64,000 bases of DNA, taken from assembly GCA_040954595.2 (NCBI GenBank), contig CM082582.2:10345483-10409482 (forward strand). The letters run 5' to 3'. Position numbers and translations under genes: made by a program. Numbering within the stretch: the first letter of the stretch is position 1; every line of letters begins with the position of its first letter. Shown here piece after piece: positions 25,001 through 37,000 of the stretch. The DNA comes from Balanoglossus misakiensis (Eukaryota > Animalia > Hemichordata). The notes under the pieces were generated by a model, which saw only the letters and a list, made by a program, of their open reading frames with translations, did no database searches and was not told where the DNA came from.

Positions 25001-28000
25001 GCACCTAAGCACACCAAACCCTGCTGCAGATCACAGACCACCGTCTCCCCAGTCTGCGTGTACACAAGTCCTGTGTCTACAGACCGGCATTCAATGGCTT
25101 CCGGAAATCGACAGAAGCCGTGGAATCTCCGCAGCTGCTCCAGGGTCTCCAGGTCATCGCTGTCGTCCGGAGTGTCAACGCTGAACCAGTCGGTGAATCC
25201 GGGGACGCAGAGAGTTGGGGGTATAGATGGCGTGGCGGCTGTCGTTACTCCGGGTGTAGTGGTGTTGGCAGCTTCCTCGGTGGTGGTCAAGTAGGTCATC
25301 TGCGTGGTTGGCTCCACTGTGGTGGTCACTTCGGGGATGGTAGTCACTCGGACCGTTGTACCTGGGGTGGTGGTTCCATTTGTCAATACTGGCGTCGTGA
25401 TTTCAGCTGCAATAGAAAGAAATTACCAATTGAAGTTTGCTTAAACTTTTGACTGGTCAAGATATTTCATTGGTATACATTCATGTAGGTAAAAGTTTGC
25501 CTTAAGATAAATGTGCAACTCACCACAAGGACAGAAGAAACTGACTTCATAATCAAAACACAGGCCAGATACTTGGTCGTTATTGTTACAGACGAGGCCA
25601 GTAGTCAAATCACACGTGACACCAAAATCAAAGTGGTTTGGTACGAAGTGACTGTTTACAGTGCGGCACTTGATGGCACTTGGGAATTCACAAAACGTGT
25701 ACTTGTTCCTCAAGTATTCAATGGTCTCCAGCTCTTTCTGGGTTCCGAACGTCGGCGTGTGCGAGTTCAGCCATGGCGTCCAGCTGTCGCAGGGGGTGGT
25801 AGTCATAACTGGCGAGGTGGCTGTACTGACATATGGTGTAGTTGTTCCCACCGGCGAGGTGGTTGTACCCCCTGTCATGATGGTGGTGGTGACCTCTGGT
25901 GTGGATGTTGTACCCGTGGGTGTTGTCGGGTGTTCAGGCTCTGTTGTCATGATCTGGGTTGTTTTGTATAATCCTTCAGTGGTGAACATCTCGGTTGTTG
26001 CCATTTCGGTCGTCGGCTGCTCGGTGGGACCAGCTGTGGTTGGACGCGTCGTCATGACGCCGGTGGTAGTCATCCACGTCGGTGAGAATGGCGTCGTCGT
26101 CACCGGCATCGTCGTCGTCATCCAGGTCGTTGCTGTCGTGGTTGCCAGTGATGGTGTTGATGATGGTGTGAATGGAGTGGAATATGGAATGCATGGCTGG
26201 CCAAGGCAGTGAATGGAGTGATTTGAACAGTAGCTGTTGAGATAAGAAGAAATTTATTTGTGATAAGCTTGTATGCTCCTAGATTTCAATTCAGAAAAAA
26301 TGTATTCTTTTTGGTCCAAGTCAACTGTTTTCTGTGATAAAGTTTGACCTTAAAGAGGGAAATGGGATGATATGGCTAAAAACTTCAAATTACTGAATTG
26401 ATGGATCTGCCATAATATATATAATAATTATATGACCTACCAAGTCTGACAGCCATCTGAATATCCAGGAATGATCTGTCCATCATAATAGGTGACTCCG
26501 TTGATCTTGGTACAGTAGCATTCTGATGGAGGGATACAGCGATCTCTGCTCTCGTCATAGACTTCATCAGGAGGACACTCACAGCCCTCCACACAGGTTT
26601 GGTCACACTGTTCCCTGACACTGTCGTAGTTGTAGTAATTGTCGCAAGTCTTCGGGCAGGCCGTGGTACAGGCCTCGTAGTGGCCACAGCCTTCGCACTG
26701 GACAGCTGAGATGTGACAAGACCAAAGAGGTTTAGGACCAAATAAAAGTGACAACTTCCATACAGCTTAAAGTATATCAAACAAAATGCAAGTGTCATGA
26801 TTATACTTACGACAAAGCTCCTGTGATCTCCAGCGAACAGGAATGCCATTTCTGTTGCATTTCTGCGTGTAGGCCGCGATGGAGGTGCAGAGACACTCGC
26901 AGTCGCCTCCGAAGTCACAGCCGCAGGAATCGAAGACACACCTCTCAAAGTAGGGTTCGTACGGCACTTCACTGTGACACCTCTCGAACACCTCCGACTT
27001 GAGAATGCTGCATTTCCGGACAGCCCAGGCTCTGCGATGTGGAGCCAAACTGCATGTGTCGTTGACGTAAGCTGAATCGGCGCAGTACTCATGCACTTTC
27101 CAACTGTCACCAAACTGCAGTGGGGTCACCGCCGGTGGGCCTCCTGCGGGGGTCGTGAAATCGTCCATCTGGTCGCCATTGGCATTACCACACAATCCTG
27201 TGACCTGTGAAATTAAAATTGGACATGTTGTAATAAGCTGTTTTGTAATTATATATGATATCTAAAATCTTCAGCTGTTAAAACTTACTAGATTTGAATA
27301 CAAATAAAACTGAGAAACTTTATGACAAATCTGTATATATGTTTCAGAATTCAATTTCTCTTTAAAATCTTGAGAGAAAATTACACACAAGTAAAGCCTA
27401 TGCAAAGATAAAAATCATGCTAATGGACTGTTTCTTACTTTTCCTCGATGGATTGGATCCAATTTCAGAGACACAAAGGTCCCTCTATCCCACTGCAAAG
27501 TCAGTCCGTTACCAATACGCAGGAAGACAAAGAGTCCCGCTTCCCAGACCACAAACGGCGCTCCATACGGAACTGAGATCGGCGATCCTCTGACAAAGTG
27601 AACGGAGTATTGCCGGCCGTCGCTCTTGACAACGACCACAATTGACTTGGTGCATGTGACACCACTGGTACCGCACGGAATGTTCTCAACAACGATGGAA
27701 TACTCCAGGTGGGAATTATCTGGAGTGCTCTGGGATAAGATGTAACTACACTGTCCTTGGAATTCGTAGAGTTTTCCGTCAAATGTTTCATGATGGGACT
27801 CACCCCAGGCAGTGCATACACTGGGGCATTGGTTATGTTCACATTCCCAGTGCTGGCCATTGCAAAAGCTGTAAACAAAATATTATCAAGTTATTTTGTT
27901 TTTGACTGACCAAGTATTCATTACACACAATTTACACTGTAATTTTCGAATATTTTTGTCCTTCCCTTGTCAAAACAGATAAGTTCCAACCCCCAAGAAT

Positions 28001-31000
28001 TGATGATTACTTACCATGTGTTGCAGTCGACAGTAATCATTTGGCCAGTTCCATAGCTTTGTCCGCCATGATGACAAGGACACTCAACTGGGCTTACACA
28101 TCTGTCACCTGATGGACATCAAAATATAAAAAAATTCTATCATTTAACAAAATCATAGATTTTTTTTATTGTGTACTATCACTAGCAGTACTAGACAATG
28201 GTCAAATTTCAATGGGTGAGATGCTTCAACAATTGTAAAACTGTGCAATAATGATTACGGTACTGACCATCCCAGACAAATCCTTCCATGCACTGACAAC
28301 CAGGCTCACAGGAGAATAAACTGCAGGTGCGCTTCAAATGCATATTGGTGCACGTGAGTGGACAGTTGTCTCTGCATTCCACAAACTCCATGTTGTCTCC
28401 GCAATCCATTTCTGTTGGTACGCACTCTTTTTCCTCACACTGCCAGGTGCCGTGGGTACATGTACTGCAAAAAGAAATTGTGATCTTGTATGAGTGTCAT
28501 GAAAATGTTGAATTTTAGCTGCGACATACCACCATAAAAACCAGGTCATGTAGGGGTCACAAAATTAACCAACTCAAAAAGAAAAGTTAACGTAGACTGA
28601 ACTAACCAAGATTTGCAGTCCTGTTGTGTGACATCACCAGCAGAGTATAATCTACCCTTGTATTTACACTCACAGTCTTGGACTGGGATGCAGTTGCCAT
28701 GGTAATCTTCCACCATGCCAGGAGGGCAGCTGCAGCCGGGATTACATTCCTCCTGACAGTCAAGGTTGGCAGCCAAGGCGGCGCAAGACGTCTGGCAAGA
28801 CGAGCCGCACTCCTGGTAGACTTTACTGCCCTCACACTGCACAGCTGAAGCAAAAAAAGTTGAAAATTCGGTACTTTCAAAAGGAATGATTATTTTCAGC
28901 AGAAAGTCGACACCTCACTCACTCAACTTCAAAGAGCATTCTACTCAGAGAGAAGTCAATACCATCAGACAAGTAAGAATGTAAAACTTACCACATATCG
29001 GACCGTAGTCAACAATGTTAGCATCCCTCCATGCCAGTATTTGTCCTTTGTTAGCACATTCCAAGGCATAGCTAGCCAGCATATCACAGTACAGTTCCTC
29101 AACTGGTTCATTGCCTTCGCTGCTGCAGAGATCGTACAGACAGTCTGTGTAGAAGTTGTCTACGTTTACGATGTTATGGCAGTCTGGGGAAACAAAAAAA
29201 GAAAATACAACATGGATGTAAAACTTGGAATATTTTCGTGGGTTTTCATTCACATTATCGATATCATGATCACTCAATACCTTCTTCGCAAATAAAGTTT
29301 TATAATTTGTTAAAAAAAATTACATCACTTGGAAGCAAATGAGAGCAGAATATTCAAAGTTTTTACCAGTGAACGGAGCCTGTTTGAGGGCACCACACAT
29401 TCTTTCAGCTTGCTGCTTTCTCTGTGTGTACACATCGCAGGGATTTGTCGGAGGTATCGTCTCGGACACGCAGTTGGCGTCAACCGACCACTTATCGCCG
29501 AACGCCGTCGGCTGTCTCTCGATATCGCCCTCCAGAGTCCAAAAGTCATTCTGTAGACGAGTGGGAATTAAGAGAGGCAAATGTCAATAGCGAGGTAGCA
29601 GGTTGTGTAAGTGCAATCAAAAGTGGTCAATGTTATCTCGTACAAGACAAACGTAAAAATTAACAAAGTTTGTGGATGTTTTTTCAATTACCTCCTGATT
29701 ATTATCGAAGATACCACAGAGTCCGCAGGTCTTGTTGTAGAAATCGGCTGTCACTTTGATGTAAATCTTCGTCTTACCGTCCCACCTCAGTCGGATGCCA
29801 TTGTCGAGAACCACCTAGAAGACGAGCATGAGAAAGTGCCTGTTAGAGATTGAACAGTGTCCCTTACAAAGTCGGAAAATATCGTGAGTCCGTTACTGAC
29901 ATATCTACGTACACCATCATTGTCTTGGTTACAAGAACTATAATGTCATCAAAAAATCATTTTTTGCCATGCACACAGTTTAATGTATGATATGTGACAC
30001 ACACCTTTTGAAACTGATCCGAAATCTGTTCAATGAAAACACCTGGAGCCTTGTAAGGGAGGTCAGATTTCTCGATGTCATTGCCGTTGACGATGAGGCG
30101 GTGGTCTCTGTTCAGTTTCACATAGGTGTCCCCAATTGTAATCATGACGGACCTGTTTGTCAAACGAGATGAAAAGTGACATGAACAATTTGTCCCGGTG
30201 TTGAATCTAGCCAACATGGAATATTTGAATCACTAACTTTACTTGTCATTGATGCAAACAGACAATCAGATCTTACTTGGTGCAAGTTGCCTTTCTCCCA
30301 CACAGGACATTTTCTGCAACAATGCTGTAGTTTGCTTCTCGCGCGTTGATATTCTTCACCAACACATAGCTGCATTCTCCCATGAAGTCATAGCGCCTGC
30401 CGTCAAAGGTCTTGTAGTGGGGATCGCCCCGGGCTGAACAGGTTCCTGTTAAAAGCAGAAGAATGTTTTATTTGGGATTTTCAATGGAGTGCAGCAGAAA
30501 AAATAGTTTCAATTTCTGCACAGGTGGGGCACAATATGCCACAGACTGGTCTCTTCTGCAAGAATCCAGCTGCTATTAAAAATCCATGAGATTAAGACAG
30601 ACCTTGATTGGTTACTAGGATACCACTACAATCTAAATGTGTAAAGGAATACATGTACAGTAGTCCGGTGATTGGATAGTAAGATATCAGTAAAGGTACC
30701 TACCTCCACATTGCTTGGTGGTACACCTCCACTCACCATCTTCACAGGTACTGAAACAGTAAGAACACAATTAGGATTTGTAACTGTACAGCGTCTGAAA
30801 CATTCTGGCCAAATGCTATCTGCACAGGCTGATAAGCATTGACATTCTCATACAGGTACTTCAACCCACCACTGAGTGTCAAAAAAAGTCTTTTATTGCT
30901 GACTGAAAGTCCATGCACAACATTAAGTAACCAGTAACTCACCAAGTGTTGCATCCGTCGTCATTGGGTATCTCTGACCCAGGCGAGTACTCTTGGTTTC

Positions 31001-34000
31001 CATAGAAACAAGGACACTCCTCGAGGTCAATGCAAACTCCTTCATGCAAGGCAGTACCCTCTGGGCAGTGGCAGCCATCAATGCAGGTGTCATCAGCGCA
31101 ATGGTACGCTGTCCTTCTGCAGGTCCTTGGACACGAGGAACCACACTGGTCATAGACCATCCCGCCACTGCATGTAATTGCTGACATAAGGATAAAAAAA
31201 GACCAGATGCTTTAGACTAGATGAACATTATATATTTTTCTTTAGACATAATCCCATTTTGTTCACAAATGCTTAAAAAATTATCAGAAAATTGTTAAAT
31301 GTTTGCAACATGAGCACCATCGTGATTAAAACCTGATAAATTATTTTCAGTATACACAACTTACGACATCGGTTTTCATTTCTCCACTGGACGACAACAC
31401 CATGACGATTGCACTCCCGCGCATACGCTGCATAGCTGTCACAGAGACAGTCGCCATCTTCACCATGGCAACCACAAACATCTTCTCTGCAGGCTTGGTA
31501 GTAAGCATCTGGGTTGACAATCTGATGAGAAAGAGTGTTTTTCAGCACTTTTGTGAGGTTTTGCTCAATTTTTGTGTGATTTGTATCAATTGTGAACACA
31601 AAATTGCAGAAAGTGCATTTTCGACCGGTTATAAGAGTCACACAAAGTGGCTCAAAAGAACAGGTAACTATAAAACAGATAATTGTTTTCTTACATCATG
31701 ACAGTCAGCAAAGTCAACATCTCTCAGGCCACTGCACATTCTCTCCGCCATCTGCGCTTGGTCGATGCTATCCTGGTTGTCATAGTGACAGAATGACTGC
31801 TGGCTTCCATCTTGGCACTCATCTGAAATTGGCAGATGTAAATATTGCTGTTCAGTTCTTTAAAAAGTCAGTGTGTTCATTGTGAGCATACTGGTACATC
31901 AAAACATGAGTTAATGTATTTGAGATTTTTTAACTGTTGAAGACTGCGTGTATAATTGAGTTTTCATAACTCATTCAAATGATCTGGCTGGATGAAGTGT
32001 TCTGTTGTATTAAATATAATGTCTGTACTCACCATTTGTAATGGCATCCATTTTGAAACTGGTCGCAAACTCCGTGACAGAGGTGACCACATTTCCGTTG
32101 ATGTCTGTCAGGTCGTCGGCGTAATCTTCGTTGTATTTGCCGCAGAGACCGCACGTCTTGCCAGAGAGGGCCTCCTCCACCTCGACAGAAATCCACTCTC
32201 CGCCATCCCATCTCAACGTGAAACCCAGCCCGCTGCGTACCACCAAAAACTGCCCGTTCCTCTCAAACTGCAGCCCGCTGTCGCTAACCGGGACGCTCAA
32301 TTCCGCACCGCCCCTGGTGACACGGAAACCGTCGTCCACGCCATCCAGGGAGAATTCGAGGTCACCGATGAAGACGCTCAACGAACGCTGGCAGTGCCCG
32401 GCTTCCACACACTGCTGCTGGTTGCGCACGTGGATCTTGAAACTGTCGTCGAAGCAGTCGCCGGCGAGCAGGTAACTGCAAGATCCGCGGAACGTGTAAA
32501 CGCGACCGTCAAATGTACGGTAGTGGCTTTGACCCCAGGTGTAGCAGGAACCACCCGGCTGTGGGTCGGGACTTGGCACAGACGGGGTAGGACTCACTGC
32601 AAACACAAAATAAAAACAAATATGCATTGTATTTAGCTTGCACTAAAAAAAATGAATTCAACAAACATCTTCATTTTACTTATTCTGTATGAAATACAAA
32701 TGCCCCCCAACCTTTTCCCCCACAAAACTTTCTGATCCGTAGTGACTTTTTAAGCTATAGTGTCCAAAACAGAATCTGATCAGGAAAAATCCTGATCATT
32801 TACATATTAACCCAGCAAGAAGTAAGAAATCTCTACTCACCAATTTGACAGACAAAGGGTTTTTCTTTGGCACAGCATTCATCATCGATATCAAATAGCG
32901 GAGTTCGTCTTGGCTTCTCCCTGTCAGAAATAATAGATAACAGCATTTAACAGCAGTCAAGAGCAGCGATGGAACTGAGAATTTTCAAATTCAATGCCTG
33001 TCACCAATCTTACCTGCACTGTGTGAATTTCAACAGAAATGCATCATGGGATGTCCATCGGCCAGATTTTGAGCAGAAGTAATGTTTCTGTAAACTTACA
33101 ATCATTTTCTGAAACTTTGCAGTATACTTTCACGATGCATTATTTTCATGTGAGTGCATCATGGGATATGTCTTACTCCTGCATATAGTTGCATGAATAT
33201 ATGACTAAACATTGTCATGGAAATGGTTCAGAAAACTCACCATAATTGACAACAATCCTGGTCCTCTCCCGCGTCGCAGCCATTATTATTCGGCTGATCA
33301 GGTGACCATGACTCCGGCAGCACGACTGATCCGTTCAGCCACAGATACTGGCCGTCTGCGCTCTGTTCTCTGCACCCGACCCAGTAACCCCGGGTGTCAG
33401 GATGTGCGAGGGCGCTGTCACTCCTCAGGTAGTCACCGACGGCGATGCGCGCATCTTCGTTGGCCAGAATTGCCAGGTGAGCGTTGACGCCGTCGTGACC
33501 ATAGACGTCTCGGCAGTATTTATTGGCCTGGTTCCAGGGAAGCATTGGTGATGTCACAACTACGAACAAGCTGTTGTCGAACGTGACTTCACCGGGTAAA
33601 ACCGGTTCCTCTGTCGGTTGTTCTGTTGGATGCATCCTTTCTGTGGGTTCCTCAATGGCTGTCGGACGAAACATATACTTTGTTCATTCTACAGCTTTCA
33701 GGTTTGATTAACACAGTGCGACTACGCGTCCTTCTTTCTTATTTAGCACTTCATGTATCGCTATTTCCAATCTTGTTCCGTTATTTTAGATACTTCTATT
33801 TTGCACAGAACTCAAGCTTGGAGAAATTGGACTGAAAAAATGTCTTTGCTGAGAAACAGTTAGACTGAGAAACAATTTTCTATGTATAACTTTCATATCT
33901 ATTCAATCTACTCAAGACGTTCCAAGGCAGACGTTATCTGAATGTTATTGAGAAAAAAGTAACTCACGCAGACAGTCCACGTCAGGCAACTCAGGTACCC

Positions 34001-37000
34001 AAACATCGTCATCAAAATTACACTGGTACGAATCAGCCAACTGCACGGAGGGTTGATTGCCAGGAAGACACTGCAGATGACACACCTTCACATTGTTGGT
34101 CACCTGACAGATGAAGGCACCGCTGACTGGGGCTCTGGGCTGCTCACAGATTGCTGTGATGGAACGCAAAAAATGTAATTCGAATTCGGAAAGACAACAC
34201 ACTTTGCTGAAATGATCAAAACATAGTCAGTAGGCGTCTATTTGCATGAGAGAAACTGGGTGAGATGAAAAAGTACTTTCTGTAAAGTCCTAGAAATACA
34301 CAAACCAACACCTACCATGTTCACAATAAAATCCATTAAACCCGGACGCACAGACACAAGAGTAGCTCTGTGATTGGGCGTCACTGCGACAGGTGGAACC
34401 ATGTAGACAGTGATTGTTCTCGCAAAAGTCCCGGGGGCCTGTTGATCAAAACAATCAATATAAAAATCAGAACAGAAACTGACCAAATAGGCATAAAGAG
34501 ATAGAATCTGTGTTTCTTTTCAAAGAATAGTGCCCTGAAACTTGTGTTTCATCAGATTCCAGTCAAACTGAGATACTTTTAAAACTTGTGAACTTACCAA
34601 CTTCACATAGACTTCCTTGAAAACCATGCACACACAAACACACCCCTGGGGCTTGGCAGATTCCATTATTCTGACATGGTGGATCACAGACAGCTGAAGA
34701 ACACAGAAAAAAAAACAATTCTCATCATTTATGCTTATTCAAGACAAAATCTGTTTTTGTATGAGCAAAGATCACTGAGTACCTGAATGTATAAACATCC
34801 TGAAATTCACTTTCTTCAAAACATGTCAAAAAAACCCTAGAAGTGTCACTTTACTGGTCAAAAGTCACACAATGATGAAATATTTCATTTCTAATAGATG
34901 TAAGCGTATCAGTTTGACTCACCATGGCAACTAGGGAATTGTGTGGATGTCCAAAGCTGGGTCACATGATCACAGGCGTAGGTGATAAACGTTTCGCCGT
35001 TCTCCATGATATAGCCATTATCACATGTGCTTGTGCACGTCCTACAAGACAAGAAACACACACACATCAATCACTGCATGAAGTGAAATCAAATCTACAC
35101 TCAGACCTATTGTTCATTGCTAGGTGAAATCGCTTCTGTTTTCCCTCACATCATGATGAAATAATGAAGCTATACCATGTATACAATCTGGCCTGTTCCA
35201 ATGCAAAGGGTTATATATACGCAGTCCCTAAATGCAGAATGGTTGCTTGTGTTACTTTGCTCGCTTGTAACCATGGAAACGAATACTCACGTCTGTCTGG
35301 CCTGGCGTTGACAACTGACCCTGCTGTTGTATGGAGCATCGAGAGGGGCACACACGTCATGTCCAAAGTCAGCTGAACAAGAAGTGGAAAGCAAAATTAG
35401 CAACAACAAAAAATCATGGACTTTGCAATCATTTGAAACCAAACAAAAGTTTCCAGGCAAGAGCAAGACAACAGTAAGAAATTGAGCGAGACTTTTGACC
35501 AGTGAAGTTTTTCAAACAGCATTATTAAAAAGCAAAAAAACACTTACAGACACAATCAGGGAATGTAGTGCTTGGTGTCCAGAGTTTATCATTGTTGTTG
35601 CAGACATACGCCAGTGTGTTGGCTCCGCTCTCAAAGTGAAAATCTTGTAAACACTGCGCCTCACATCGTCTGCAAGATTCAAATTTAAATTGTGGTTAAT
35701 ATTGATGTAACTGAACAATGTAATGTTAATATAAACTACAATGCACCATCCATGTATGTTGTGCTTTGTAACTGTTTGGACTTAAAAGTCCACTGATTAC
35801 ATTGTATCATCAACGAAGTTCTTTGACTCTCTCACAAGAAGATTTGGATCCAGTAGAAAAAATCTTCAAACACACTTTTAAGAAAAAACGCAGACTTACG
35901 TTTGTGAAGAAGAAAATGAACACTGGACGGCACCATTGGCTGGAGCGGGCAAAATATCGCAATACAGAGATGATGGGTCTGAAAGAGGTCAAAGGTCATG
36001 TTAGTCAGATAGTGGCATCATAGATAAAGATTGATCAAATATAGTAATATAAATTATGAGTGAATGTGGATTTATTTGAAACATGCAACTTTAATAGAAT
36101 TAATAGAATGCTCACCTTCACGAATCTGACATCTATTTCCTGAGTACCCACTGAGACATTGACATCTGTTCGGTAAAATGCAGGAACCACCCGACAAACA
36201 TGGTGGGTCACATTGGGCTGCAGGGAGGGTTAAAGAGACCAGGAAATCTTAATTAGAAATTCTGAGGAAACTGAAAACTTGTCAATAGTCTAGGTCTTCT
36301 GTGAATATCTGCTGTAGTGTTTAAAAGTATATATTATAAGGAATGTCTACTTAAGGTATATAATATAGTCACCTATGCAAATTTAACCACTGTTACCATG
36401 GAAAAGTGAGATATAGCCAATCACAGATTTTCAGTTGGGTGGCACACACACAAAAAAAAATGCACATGCCACCACACTGTCATTCGAAGACTTTGACATA
36501 CCCTTCTGAACATACCAGTATAAAACATAATGTACTATAACTTAGAGTACTAGTATGTAGCTCAGAACAATGTTGTGCCCTCAACACCTGTGCGTCGGCA
36601 CACAATGGCAATTTGCATAACAATTATGGTTAATGCTGTTCATTTGTTTTGTCAAAATTAAGAGTCCTGGCTCTTGTAAAGTGCTCTTGGCCGATCGCTG
36701 TATGTGTGAACTTAAGTGAACTTAAGTTGAGAACTTAGTGTAATACTTACGAACGCAGTCTGGGAACTGGCCTGTAATCAACCAGACACCGTCACCGTTG
36801 TTACAGCTGAACACCGTCGTTCTCGGGTTCGTCTCCCAAGTATAGCCGTCTAAGCATGAGATTTCCAACTCACTACATACACGAACACAGATAAAAGGAA
36901 CCACTTTAGGTTAAATCTTAGGATCTCTCTGAACAGATCGATGAAATCTCTCCAGAAGGGATTAATTGAGTGTGACCTTTCCAAAGAGCTCGAATGTACA

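Noticed and set aside
21836-26212. Long Val/Gly-rich plus-strand ORFs (e.g. 22729-23958, 409 aa)
   Set aside because: They are antisense shadows of Thr-rich mucin codons, with no independent splice or domain evidence.
35291-35978. Two similar phase 1-to-2 half-Sushi exons that looked like mutually exclusive exons
   Set aside because: An intervening phase 2-to-1 exon (35548-35669) completes the first Sushi domain, so both are included in tandem.
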